From the NCBI RefSeq assembly GCF_964213995.1, contig NC_135809.1:103726001-103790000 (forward strand): a DNA stretch of 64,000 nucleotides. Direction: 5' to 3'. The DNA comes from Mustelus asterias. Taxonomy: Eukaryota. The notes below the pieces were generated by a model that was given only the letters and a program-made list of their open reading frames with translations, made no database searches and had not been told where the DNA came from. A program made the position numbers and the translations under genes. Each line of letters begins with the position of its first letter. Position 1 is the first letter of the stretch. Shown one piece after another: positions 1 through 12,231 of this stretch.

Positions 1-741
1 TGCCCAGTGATTAGCGCACATAATGATTGGGTAAACAACCTCCCTCACACTGCCCCATAGCACATGACCTGTGTAGTTTCAAACAGTCGACTGCATCCTG
101 AGCTCTCATCTCAGACTCAGGCATTGCCCTAACCTGCACTGTAAGTCCTTGCACTTTGCTTCAACTGTGAGGGGAACTTGTCCATGTGAACTTTAACATG
201 AATCAAGAGATTAGGAGCACACCCTCGGTCAGTGTTCAATGGCCACCTTTCCAAGGACATCCTTCAACTTACCCAGCCATCCAATGGTTCTGCCGAACCG
301 TATCACCCGTTGGATTTGGAAGTCTGCATGCGAGAGATTAAATGTAGACCAGCAATCATTGGCACTCTCAGACATTAGTGCTGCTGGAGTAGGCACAATT
401 GCTTGACTGACCTGATTCCAAGTGTGTTATCTGTATTCAAGCTAAACCAAACTGCGAAAGAGTGCTCATCTCCAACATGTTTTTCCATTTGCATGGCCAT
501 TTTCTTCACCCCCTGCCCACTGTTCCCTTGGCCCAGATTCCCTTTCCTCCCTTCTCCCCTGCACTGTACTCTGTACCACAAGGAAGCTGCTGCAGACACT
601 TGCCTGTGACCACCCCTCTTAATCCGCGGATCCAGGTCCTTGAATTGGGATCCTCACGAATGCTGCAGTTATCTCTAAGTTCCCCTCAGAGTTCAGGTCA
701 TCAGGTTGTACACCTTTTACATAGTAGTGTTCTGAAACCAA

Positions 742-948
742 GTAAGAAGTGTCACAACACCAGGTTAAAGTCTAACAGGGTTATTTGGTATCACAAGCTT
801 TCGGAGTGCTGCTCCTGAGTTCACTCACCTGATGAAGGAGCAGCACTCCGAAAGCTCATGATACCATATAAACCTGTTGGACTTTAACCTGGTGTTGTGA
901 GACTTCTTACTGTGCCCATCACAGTCCAACACCGGCATCTCCACATCA
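742..948 (+). mobile_element. Short fold-back Penelope-like element (pLTR-derived) with hammerhead core
   Basis: Inverted arms 741-816 / 836-911, a unique 3' tail ending ctccacatc, and flanking 12-bp direct repeat ttctgaaaccaa (730-741, 949-960). Same family recurs at 36745 and 56067/56228. Confidence 0.85.
825..861 (+). ncRNA. Minimal type I hammerhead ribozyme motif (stem I carries one mismatch)
   Basis: tcac-CTGATGA-a-ggag(cagca)ctcc-GAAA-gc-T-C-atga: conserved CUGAUGA/GAAA/UH core with stem II. Stem I tcac/atga probably decayed from tcac/gtga. Confidence 0.7.
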
Positions 949-1532
949 TTCTGAAACCAAACCAATGTGCAGTTTAAATTTGATGTGGAGGAATGATTCC
1001 GGTGTACGGCCACTACAATGAAATGTAAATTTATTTTAATTACATTCCCGATCAGCTGTGGGAAAGACGGTCCGCCATTGATGGGGGCAGGGGACAATTG
1101 TCTCCTGCACTGACACTGCATAGGACATTGTGATGATATTTTCCAAAGGCGCCACTGAACATGCCTGCCCCGATCGGCAAATTCCAGCCTAAGGGGGGAG
1201 TGATCTTACCAAAGAAATTCTGAATGAGCATGAAAACAGGAGAGAATCTCATCCAATTTTTTAGCGCACTTTCAGACATGATCTTATGTCACCTGGCGCA
1301 AAGAAGAGGTAAAGTGTGATTCACGCCAATAGGGGGAGTGGGTGGGGTCATGTTCGCCGGAAAGCTGGCTGCTCAGAGCTAGAAGGCACCATTGCACATG
1401 TACAGATCTCTGTGTTTTGTGTAAAGTGTACATAGAAAACTGAAGATCTGTTATTCCTTGGATGTTTATCGCTGATTGTTCCAATCTTGTTACCTGAATC
1501 TTCTTTATTTGTAATGATTTTCTAACTTCTAG

Positions 1533-1635
1533 CAAAAGATTGCTAGGCCCTATCCTTGTGTGGAAATATAATTTTGTGTTGAAATGGAAGGTAGCTCAAG
1601 TGGACTTTACCTATAAGCATTTCCCAAAATTACTG
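1533..1635. repeat. Copy 1 of a local 103-bp direct duplication (copy 2 at 2791-2893)
   Basis: Ungapped manual alignment with 2791-2893 gives about 13 mismatches in 103 bp. Not recognised as a TE. Confidence 0.9.
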
Positions 1636-1724
1636 AGATAATACTTCCAAGTTGGGATCGGCAGTGTGTGGATAAAATGCCTGCATCAGCCTGAGTTTCA
1701 GCCAGGCTGAAGCTTCATTGCAGT

Positions 1725-1960
1725 TATCAGAGACTGCTGCAGTGTTAGGAATGAAATCCTTTGGGTGAGGCATTAAATTCAGTTAGGTGGATGTAAAAGA
1801 TTTGATAGCACAAAGGAGCTATCTTGGTGCCCCAGCTAACATTCCTCCCTCAAGCAATTCATTGAATTTCTGTTGGCAAGATTTTACTGGAGTATTACAG
1901 TTACACATTTGCCAAGATGGCAATAGCCATTGTATTTGAACAATGAATCACCTGAAGTAC
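1725..1960 (+). mobile_element. Degraded Deu-domain SINE (SacSINE1/AmnSINE1-like)
   Basis: Motifs cctttgggtgaggcattaaa...aggtggatgtaaaagat...ggtgccccagctaacattcctccctcaagcaa resemble the DeuSINE core as I recall it. Confidence 0.55.
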
Positions 1961-1989
1961 CTGGAATTAAAATGGTTGTTTTCTGCACC

Positions 1990-2740
1990 CATGGCCATTT
2001 TGTCCTTGCTTTGGCTGTCTACAAATAAAAAAGCTTCATTACGTACCATTCCTCACAAGCAGGTAGGTGTCTCAAAGCATTTAATGATAAAGAGAGGCAA
2101 ATATCAAGTATGGGGAGGTAGAAGAGCATCCAAGATCTGGAACTGAGCGGAAAGACTTTTGAGAAGATTTTTGAAAATATGATAGGAGGTGGTTACGAAA
2201 GCAGGCCACGTTCAAGGAGGAGATCACAAAGCCAGCGTGCGGCTAGGCCATAGAGAGATGGAAAAGTAGAGAATGATTTTAATATCAACATTCTGGGGCT
2301 CTGTGAAGCTTTTAGGGGATATGCGCATTATGCAAAGATGTTAGGCTGCAATGTTTGGATAAACTGAAGCTTCTCTGGAGACTTTGAAGCAGCAAGGTGG
2401 AGTTGCTGTAGAAGATCAGCCATGATCTTATTGAATGGTGGAGCTGTCAGTACCAAAACGCCTACTCCAGCTCCTATTTCTTATGTGGGAGGTTGGAGAA
2501 TTTAAGTGTGAAGTGATGATGGGCATAACAGTTCTGGGAGGAACCTGAACCTGAACAGGTTCGATAATCTGTCAGGTTTCCTAACTCAGCTTGAGGAGAC
2601 ATTGACCAACTCAAGGCCAGGCTTTTGAAGGTGCTGACAACAGCTCAGGTGGTTGGCCTCCATTTTGCCGACAAAGACATTTTGGCTCATGCACCTAGAA
2701 TGAGGAGAAAGCTCAGTGAAATGGCAAGGCAGAGCAGAGA
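1990..2740 (-). mobile_element. Highly decayed L2-like LINE fragments with a CR1 3' tail fragment (about 2412-2486) inside
   Basis: L2-like phrases (agagaatgattttaat; tgcaatgtttggataaactgaagctt) and CR1 tail gatcagccatgatcttattgaatgg...cctatttcttatg. Confidence 0.45.
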
Positions 2741-2790
2741 TATCTTGTTATATTGCTAGCAAATAAAGTAAACACAATGAGGAAGAAAAA

Positions 2791-2893
2791 CAAAAGATAG
2801 CTTGACCCTCTCCTTGTATGGAAATATAATTTTGTGTTGTATTGGATGGTAGCTCAAATAGACTTTATCTTTAAGCATTTCCCAAAATTATTG
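2791..2893. repeat. Copy 2 of the local 103-bp duplication
   Basis: Aligns without gaps to 1533-1635. Confidence 0.9.
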
Positions 2894-3387
2894 TCATCAT
2901 TTGTTGAATTGCAAATCCAATATTGAGCTGTCAAGGAATATTCCTCCCCCATAATTGTCTTTTTTAAAAATCAATTATCTATTGCACTAAGTTCCATCCT
3001 ACTGGATTAGAATAATTGCAACCTAAATAACATTTTAATAAATCTATAGCAAGGCTTGTATTTTATCAATCTGTTCTGCTTGAGCCTCGGGGTATATAAG
3101 ATTCCCAAAGGAACCAAGCTCATTATGTTAGCCTAGTCTAAGTATTTTAGGAGTATCCATTTTCTTAGCAGATTTGAAGAACAAATCAATTAGCTTCTCT
3201 GTGCTCAGGTAATCATGGATGTCAAATGGAAAAATCACAGAGGTATTGACGATACCCAGGCTGAGTCTGTAGTCTTATAATTAACTGGAAAATGCACACA
3301 CTTTCATCTACAGTGAAAGCACTGTCACTGAGAGGGGCCTCAGGAGTAGAAAGGTGCTGCATTTTGAAGTAATATGATGTACCCATT

Positions 3388-4025
3388 AAGCCCAGCAACT
3401 ACAGGCCAGTCAGTTTAACCTCGATATTGGGGATGCTCCTAGAAACAATAGTTTGGGACAAAGTAAAAACCACTTGGACAAATATGGGTTAATTAAGGGA
3501 AGTCAGCATGGAATAGCTAAAGGCAAATCATGTTTAACAAACTTGCTGGAGTTTTTTGATGAGGTAACAGAAAAGATTGTGAGGATAATGTTGTTGATTT
3601 AGTGTACATGGACTTCCAGAAGGCATTTGATAAGGTTCTGCACAATAGAGTTGTGGGCAAAGTTATAGCTCATGGAATAAAAGGGACAGTAGCAACATGG
3701 ATACGGAATTGGCTGAGTGACAAGAAACAAGAGTACTGGTTAATGGATGCTTTTCAGGTTGGAGGAAGGTTTATAGTGGATTTCTCCCGAAGTCAATGTT
3801 GGAAACTCTTGCTTTCCCTGTTATATATTAATGACCTTGGTATACAGGGAACAATTTCAAAACTTGCAAATGATCCGAAATTTGGAAGCATTGTGAACTG
3901 TGAGGAAGATAGTGTAGAACTTCAAAAGGACACAGACAAATTGGTAGAATGGGTGGACAAGTAGCAGGTGACATTTAATGCAGAGAATTGTGAAATGATC
4001 CATTTTGGTAGGAAGAACGTTGAGA
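3388..4025 (+). mobile_element. CR1 LINE ORF2 reverse-transcriptase fragment
   Basis: NYRPVSL and SQHG..KGKSCLTNLLEFF motifs; ORF 3602-3964 contains YMDFQKAFDKV and WIRNWLSD; frameshifted. Confidence 0.9.
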
Positions 4026-4084
4026 GTACATAAAGCATACAATTCTAAAGTGGGTGCAGGAGTAGAGGGACACGAATATACAAA

Positions 4085-4990
4085 TGTTATATCAAGTTAC
4101 ACTGGATCTGCAGCGCAGAACCAGGTCCAACTGATCTACATCAGCATTTATGCTCCACACGAGCCTCCTCTCCTCTTTAACTTCATGTAAACTTTTAGCA
4201 TATTCTTCAATTCTTTTCTCCCTCAGGTAGTTCTCCTTACATATGCCCATGCTATTGCCTCAACCAGTCCTGCAGAGAGTTCTACATTTCAACCGCCATT
4301 TAGGACATGAAGATTGTCCTCAATTCTCTTTTGGATTTATTGGTAACTATTTTCTATTTATGACCTCCAGTTTGGACTCCGCACAAGTGGAAACATCTTT
4401 TCTATGTCCTCCCAGTTGTCAAACACTTTCATCATCATAAGGACCTCTATCAGGTCACCTGTTAGCGTTTTCCTGTCTGGAGAAAAGAGCCCTAGCTCAT
4501 TCAGCTTTTCCTGAAAGTATATCCTCTCAGTTCTGGTATCATCCTTGTGAATCATTTCTGCACCTATTCCAGTGCATTTATATTCATTATAAAGTATGGA
4601 GACCCGAACTGTGAACTGTAATCAAAGTGTAGCCTAGCCATAGTGTGATAACAAATTTAACATTGCTTCTCTGCCTTTCAACTCTATCCCTATAGAAATG
4701 AACCCCAGTGCTTGTTTTTTTTATATAGCCCTATTAACATCTGTTACTACTTTTAGTGACTTGTATATCCAGGTCATTCTGCCCTTTTACCCCATTTAGA
4801 CAATATATATTACCAAAGAACTATCTGTATTTTCCTGCCAAAATGTATCGCTTTTCACTTAACTGTATTCAAATTAATTTACCAATTACACACACGTTTT
4901 GCAACTTTATTGATATCCTGTCATATTTCATTGCATCCTTTCTTTGTATTCACCACAACCCACCCTCGGTTTTGTGTTGTCTGCAAATAC
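4085..4990 (-). mobile_element. Degraded CR1 LINE 3' portion
   Basis: ORF 4358-4555 reads EKLNELGLFSPDRKTLTGDLIEV, the CR1 C-terminal RL..LGLFSLE.RRLRGDLIE motif. Confidence 0.85.
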
Positions 4991-6626
4991 TAAAGTTGCG
5001 CTTCCAATTCCTGAGTCCATGAATTAAAATAGATTGTAAACAACAGTTTAGTAGCTAAATTGCTGGCATTGTAATAATCACTGATGTTCCTGTTATCATG
5101 GTTATTTAAACGTCACAGTATAAAAGAAATACTGCTCAAAGGTGCAAGGGCCATAATGATATTCATATAAATGTTTGTATGTTTTGTAATATATTGTAAA
5201 TTACCAAAGCACTGCATTTCTTTTAAATCTCAAAAATATTCAGTAGAAAAGGGATTAATCTAAAAGCAGAACATTCTAAAAGGACTACTATTATTCAAGT
5301 TTGGGCTGAGGCTCTGAGTAAAAGCTTTCGAGCCCTGAAAAGTTGTTTGTCCATATGCGCTGATGCGTGCATAGCTTTTAAAGCACTTGTATGAATGTGT
5401 GAAAATCCAACCATGGTGAGCTGTGCGGCCTCTCGCCGACTTAAGTCTGTCATTTGGTGTAATGTAAGCCATATAAACTCGTGAGGTAAGCCTGATACAG
5501 CATATGTGAGATACCAAAGATAAGGAACAATAAAAAATGGTTTCCAATGCAAAGCCTGCTGCAAATTTTAAGAGAGGTGGTCTATTTGTTTACCAGTTAG
5601 AAAAGCGGATTCAAAAGCATCCCCAGGATCTATATAACAAGCAGTTATATACCGAGAGCCTAATTTATTGTGGGTGGCACGGGAGCCCGTCATCCAGTGA
5701 AATCTGGTTGTTCCCCTGCCGATCTCCAGCAGTCCTGACGGAATAAAGTTCCTAATTGGCAGTGGGAACCCTGCCACCTGGACCCCCAGCTCCCCCGGGG
5801 TCACCAAATCACAGAACCGGCTCGTGCGGGGCAGATACCATACCCCCAAGAACTACTGGCCAATCAGAAGACAGCAGCTTTGCGTACTGGCAGTGCCACC
5901 AGAAGTAGCAATTAATCTCCCAGAGGCAGCTAAGTAAGAAGACAGCTGGTATTCACAGGAAGGGGTGGATACTGACTGGGGGAAGTGAGGTCAACAGCAA
6001 AGGCAGGAGGGTGGCTTCTTGTAGGCCCCTTATACCGATGCTTGGTCCTTCGATCAGGCACAGAGTGTCTTTGAGTCCAGGGAGAGATCAGCCATGATAT
6101 GATTGAATGGCAGAGCAGGCTCAAAGGGCTGGATTTGCCTTCTTCTGTTCCTATGTTCCTATGTCTTTGAACAAGAGACCCCCTCCCCTATAAGGCTGCA
6201 GACAAACCTGACAAGTGTTTAACAGGTGGTATTCTTGGATGGTGAGTATCCTGCCTACTGCTACTTGAATACCAGCAGTCGAGGAGACCCTTAAGTGGCC
6301 TTTGAATGACCTCCATTGGACTCCAAACAGGAAAGTCACCAGGAACATTCCTGTCCCAGACATAATCACTGGGAAATGGGAAGGCAGGGGGATCTGCACC
6401 ATGCAGCTTCCTGGACAATCACCCATCTCTGAACTCTTAGCCAGCCTGAGAAACTGCAAGGTTGCAACTCAAAATGAAACATTGCAGATGCAATGTGTAA
6501 AATTTACCTACTTTGGAAATAGTGCTGGACAGCATGAGCTACTCACCATGGCTACCAGTGATGGAGGTGCCTAAATAACTGATGTTAAAATGTTACTTAG
6601 CAAAAAATATAAAAGCTGGCTTTAAG

Positions 6627-7185
6627 TCCAAGGACAGAATTTTATGTTGCTTGGGGTGCACGGGGCGGACCCAGAACCATGTGAAATCAGCCAAGAGGTG
6701 GGACTCTCAAGCAATATTTCGGTGGGTGGGCATGAGTGAGAGTCAGAAGTGTGCCCGTCAGCAATGAAGCAGGCAACTTAGCCCTTTAAAGGGCCAGTGG
6801 AATGTAATTTTACGTGATCCATCTGCTTTTACAGTTGGTTAGTGGGTCGGCCGAATGGCCAGGCAGTCTTTACATTTCAGCTTCAACCTCAATCCAGGGC
6901 AGATGAACTGTCCGGGCTGAATTAAAATTAAAAGGTCCAGAGACTGAGGTTTGTGTTTGAATATGCTGCCTAGACAATCTTTGCTGTGTTTCTGCATTGC
7001 AATTTATTTTGCACAGGTCAGTAGCTCCCTGAGACAGCTCTGCTGTGGTTGTCTCCTGTGGGAGCACATTAGAAGCGCAAGTCCAGCCAGTGTGAAATTT
7101 CGCTCCGGGGCTATTACGGCCAGAAATGCGTTTCGCATCCACTTGCGAGTCTACTGAGCACGTGCCTGATGGGCGGAAAATTCAG
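6627..7185. mobile_element. Probable non-autonomous DNA transposon (Harbinger-type MITE remnant)
   Basis: GC-richer block bounded by gacagaatttta ... gaaaattcaga imperfect inverted ends; similar block at about 48199-49005. Confidence 0.35.
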
Positions 7186-7625
7186 ATGCAAGTCATACTA
7201 GGTGTCTCAATATATTATTAATCTGTGATAGGAGATAGTAGGCATCGGACACAGGAATGTAGATATTTACCATTCAATCTCCATCTGTGGCATGGTAAAC
7301 AGGCAATCAAGATGAATTGTAGGGATGGAGTTGGTACAAAGTTTAAATGATCTGATTAATGAGGAGGGATTTTTGAGTGGATTAGGGATTTTTGAGTGGT
7401 ACCTGGGTACCTAAGAATGGTGAAAGAAAAAAAGTTATTTGAAAAATGGTGACAATTGTCTTTAAAACTTTCAGCCTTCGAAACATAAAATGCACATACC
7501 AATACATTATCTGAGCAAAATGAACAACTACAATGACTTTGGCCTGTTTGACACTTAACTGAAGCAATTTTTGGAAGGGTGAGTATTGTCTTACAGCACA
7601 GCACCTCATTAAAAAAAACACAAGG

Positions 7626-7735
7626 AGGGGGAATTTTCCCATCCTGCCTATTGGGAATCGTAGCAGGCAGGGGGCAGACCATGCGGGATATTTTGGTTTT
7701 GGGGATGCGCGGTTGGGAATTCCCACCCAAGCAAT
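7626..7735. mobile_element. Short MITE, inverted relative of 19000-19126
   Basis: ggaattttcccatcctgcc...gtagcaggc...gaccatgc is the reverse complement of the 19069-19121 segment, with substitutions. Confidence 0.6.
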
Positions 7736-10715
7736 CTCCAATCTCATAACAGTGAGTTGGAGGTTTTACTGTAAAGGGGAAGAGGTTTGATAGGATTGTA
7801 TTTAAAAAGAATTGGAAACAAATTTAAAAGGATGAGCTGAGAGAGAGATTTGTATTGCATTGTACCAATTTAAATTTTGTAAGATTCAATTAGGATTTTT
7901 ATGTGACAATTTGTTCATTACCCAAGCATTAGATGCACACTTTTAATGCAATAGCTTGGCACAAGTTTTTTTACACTAGAACTGACCATCACTCAAAAAT
8001 AAATCCTGATATAGATATACTGTGACAACATGTTGTCTAGTTGTGTTGGATTTTTGACTTGCATTTTGTCGTGTCGGAAACAGCATGTCGGGGGTTAATA
8101 TCTAAAGTAATACAAGCTACTAATCAACAAAAAAGCTACTGGCTCAGTGTCCAGACAAACTGGCTGCAAGGAGTTCAAAAAGTGCAAGTTTTTATGGCAA
8201 AATCAGTAAATTGTATGGATTGTAATTCATTAAAGCCACCATATTCAATCACAAATATCATGGTCATTGTCAAAGAATGGCTATCTATTTAGTATTAATG
8301 AATGGTTGTTGGCATAATGGATTTAGGAGGCAAGCATTTGTCTACTTCCTTTTATTTTGTTATAATCTAAAAAGGGGTTGAATCATATTTTTGTGGTTAG
8401 ACTTGATTGTAATGATGCTCCAAAACCAATTTGGCACATATTGAAGAATCAAGCTTCCTCTGAAATCGTGTTTGATTGGTAGCTGAGTCTGAAAACTTTG
8501 AGAAGAGTGCAGGATTATTGATTGTTTGCAGTCTGCTTTGATGGATAGCCAGGGTTCCCCATCACGGGAGTATATTGGGCTGCACATAAGCAGTCTGACA
8601 GATTCTGGATCAGGATCAAGAATCTGGTAAAATAATTTTTATTGGGAAAAGCATAGGTGCTTAGGGTGGAAGTGGCAAAGTAATGGTGTGGTTGTTCAGT
8701 GAGCTTGGTGGGGAATGTGGCACAAGAGGTTTGGAATACGTATGGGTGAAGTTAAAAATAAATCCAAGATTCAGGTCAGGCAGGTTAGAAAACAATGGGT
8801 AGGATTGGATGCAAGATGGGAGAGGTAAGAGAAATGTGAGAGGGATTGGCTAGGAAAAGAGGCTAGGTGGAGGATTTATAGGGTGACAACTGGGAGCTGG
8901 TGGAGAAAAGGCCACTTTTTTTTTTTGTCCATTTTTTAATAGCATTTGTAGGGGTGAAGCAGATGGAGACGAATGGGAAAGGAAGTGGCAGAGAAGGATG
9001 GAGAGGAATTGGAGGAGATGGAGCAACAGTTGAGGAGAAGTGGTGCAAAGTGGCACTGAGCCAAGCTTCCTGAGGTGGGCATATTTTCTTGTTGAGTGAA
9101 TGTAGGGGGTTACATTACAGAGTTGTAGCCCATTTTGGGGATAGTGCTGAGTTGCCTCTTGGTGAGAGGTACGAGTTGCTTCTCAGCAAGTGGATGGGAA
9201 ATATGCCAGTTACTGGGTCCATAGTGAGTTATTACTGGGGGAGTGGCTGTGGCCTAATTATTCCTGAGTTGGGTGAGGGGTTGGCATGATTGTTTCTGCT
9301 CAGTGGGTGGAAATTCATCTGTGGTTCTGCACAATCAGGTGATAGTTGATTGAATTTTTGCATGGTGGGCAATGGGGTGGGTGGGTGATTTCTGCATTTG
9401 TGTGGGTTATGGATGGAGATGTGCACAAAATTACTGGTCAGTGGAAGATTGAGGAGAATTGTGCTCAACTCTTTGCTTTCAAGGATTCAGCACTTTTGTA
9501 CAGAATGCACCTTATTTATTTATTTAAACACTTATTTAACATCAATGGGGGAGAAAAGGTGTCTTGGTCACTGTGCAAGATGAGATGCTGAAATATTTTC
9601 TGAGTGTAGGGTGTTCAGTGAGGGAGGCAATATTTCTGCTGTAATTTATGCTGAATGGGGGCAGTGATCTCTGTTCGATGCTTGTGAGGTGGATTGTTAA
9701 TGTGTGAGTAATTCATATTGTTTTGTAGCATATTTATTGTTATTGGTTACAAAGCAGCAATGCCAGCACCCTGTGAGCAAGTTTTCTGGCTGCCATCTTA
9801 CCTGGGAAATGACACATTTTATTTAAATTGGGACGTGACGTTTTCTTCCTGTTATAATTATGTCTGCAACCTGAAAACTGCTTTATCCTCTTCAAGTTCA
9901 ACGGCTTTATCAGTGATAATGAATAACAATGAGTCTCTCAAGATGCTCTTAATGTTTACAGTGAAATGATTTTGGATTCAGATGATTGAAACATAATGGA
10001 AATCAATCCAACATAACTGCTAAACATCATAATCATTTCTGAGAGCCCTTCTTGCTCGAAATTTCCAGAAACGTGGCTGGATAAAAATGGTTGAAAATTG
10101 GTCATACCTTTCAGCTGCAATAAAAATGTATGAACCAGCAGGAACCACTTTAAATCTCACGTGGAATTTCGCACAACATTATTCACATCAACAAGAATTG
10201 TTCACAAATCATGAAGCAGCTTATGGTAATTGCGAGGGCTTAGAATATGTCAAAGTTAAGCAGACTTCCCATAGCTGTCATCTTTACAAACCAGAAGGGT
10301 GCTCTCGGAACATAATACTTAGAATCGGGGCTTTTAGCTGTCCAGTGTGCCTCCCTGAAATTGTAAGGAGAATCTTATTGCTCTCCCAGTCTCCCAATAA
10401 ACCAGCAGCCTTTAGTTCAGCTCCACAATGGGTACTCGCCTCTCTTTGAAAGGGTATATGCCACAAGGAGCTGAAATTGAGTACTCCCAATGGGAGAGAT
10501 ATCTGATTGCAGGTGTGATTTGTGCTGACACCTCGCTCATCAAATTTAAATGAGGCACAGAGCAGAAAAGGATCCATACATTGTGATGACATCGCCAGGC
10601 AAGCAACGTGCCTGCTTCACCAATTTTGTGCCGTTGAAAGTCTCCCCACTATATTTAAATGTATGATACTGAGTCTCTTGAGGGTGTGAATATTACTTTT
10701 GGTTTATTTATGTCG

Positions 10716-12170
10716 CTGACAAGGGTATTTCCCTTTCCAAATTGCCTTTGAGAAAGTGGTGATTATATTCTTGAACCACTGCAGTCCATATGATGAAATA
10801 CTCCCACAGGTGCTCTTCGGTAGTGAGTTCTCAGGATTTTGACCCAGAAATGAACAAGTGATATACTTCCAAGTCAAGATATTGTGTGATGTGGAGGGGA
10901 ATTTTCAGGTAGTGGTTTCCATGTGCTAACTGCCCTTGTCCTTCTAGGCAGTAGAGGTCGTGGATTTAAGAAGTGCTGCCAAAGGAGTAGCTGCAGTGGA
11001 TGTCATAGATAATACATTGTAGTGATGGAGGGAGTGAATGTTTGAGGTAGTGGATGGGTTGCTTTGTCTTGGATAGTGCCAAGCTTCATGAGTGTTGTTG
11101 GAGCTGCACGCATCCAGGCAAATGGAGAGTAGTTCATCTCATTCCTTACTTGTGCCTTGTAGACAGGCTTTAGGGAATTGGGAGATGAGATACTCACTGC
11201 ACTATTCTGACTTGCTCTTGTAGCACAGTATTTACGCAACAATTCCAGTGGTAATTCCAGGATGTTGAAGGTAGTAAAATCATCAGCAAGATTTCCCACT
11301 TTGACCTGATGTTGGAAGAGGTCATCAATGAAGCAGATGAAGGTGGTTGGACCTAAGACACTACCCTGAGGAATATCTTCAGGAATGTCCTGGAGTTGAG
11401 ATGATTGGCCTCCAGCAACCATAGCCATCTTCCTTTGTATTCGGTATGATTTCAGCGAGGGGAATGTTTTCCCCTGATTCCCATTGACTTCAATTTTAAC
11501 TAAGAATACAAGAAATAGGAACAGGATTTGCCCAAAATGCTCCTTAGCCTGCTCCACCAATCAATATGAGCATGGCCCTAACTGCACTTACCCGCCACAC
11601 TCTCCATATCTATGGCTCCTTGGTGCCATACTTGGACAGATACTGCCTTGACGTCAAGGGCAGTCACTCTCACTTCACCTCTGGAATTTAGCTCTTTTGT
11701 TCATATTTGGATCAAAACTGTAATGAAGTCTGGAGCTGAGTGGCCCTGGTGGAACTCAAGCTGAGCAGTGGCAGCAGGTTACTGGTAGGTAAGTGCCACG
11801 TGATAACACTGTTGACAACACCTTCTATCAATTTACTGATGATTGAAAACAGTTTGATTTGTAGTAATTGGCCATATTGGGTTTGTGGACAGGATGCATC
11901 TGTGCAACATGCCAGTTTGTCAGATACATGCCAGTATTGTAGCTGTACCACATCAACTTGGCTGGAGGTGCAGATAGTTTTGGACCACAGATAGTTTTGG
12001 AGCACAAGTCTTCAGCACCACAGTCAGGGCCCATAGACTTTGCTGTACCCAGTGCCTTCAGCCATTTTTTGATATTGTGTAGGCTGAATCTGATTGGCAG
12101 GAATTTAGTGATGGTGGGGCGGCCAAATCCATTTGGGTCTCCTGGCTGAAAATGGTTGTACTCCATATCG
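10716..12170 (-). mobile_element. CR1/L2-supergroup LINE (YKAQVR.xMxYSP family), RT and 3' end
   Basis: ORF 11003-11560 has PQGSVLGPTTF..FIDDL, ADD and YKAQVRNEMNYSPFAW; ORF 11828-12277 has KSMGPD. The 3' tail is shared with the SINE at 16232. Confidence 0.85.
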
Positions 12171-12231
12171 GAAGTGAAATTTTGATTGTAGAAGCAAATG
12201 AATCTAATAGATGGTGTAATTGTGATGTCAG

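Noticed and set aside
741-911. CRISPR array, microRNA or classical MITE reading of the palindromes
   Set aside because: No repeat-spacer periodicity; the asymmetric tail, variable-length TSDs and hammerhead core fit Penelope-type retro-insertions better.
8590-9710. G/T-skewed block possibly from an ancient LINE
   Set aside because: No diagnostic motif could be read reliably, so it was left unannotated.
10108-10114. 7-nt minus-strand microexon (tttttattgcag|CTGAAAG|gtatga)
   Set aside because: Frame-shifting length and no supporting evidence; easily arises by chance.
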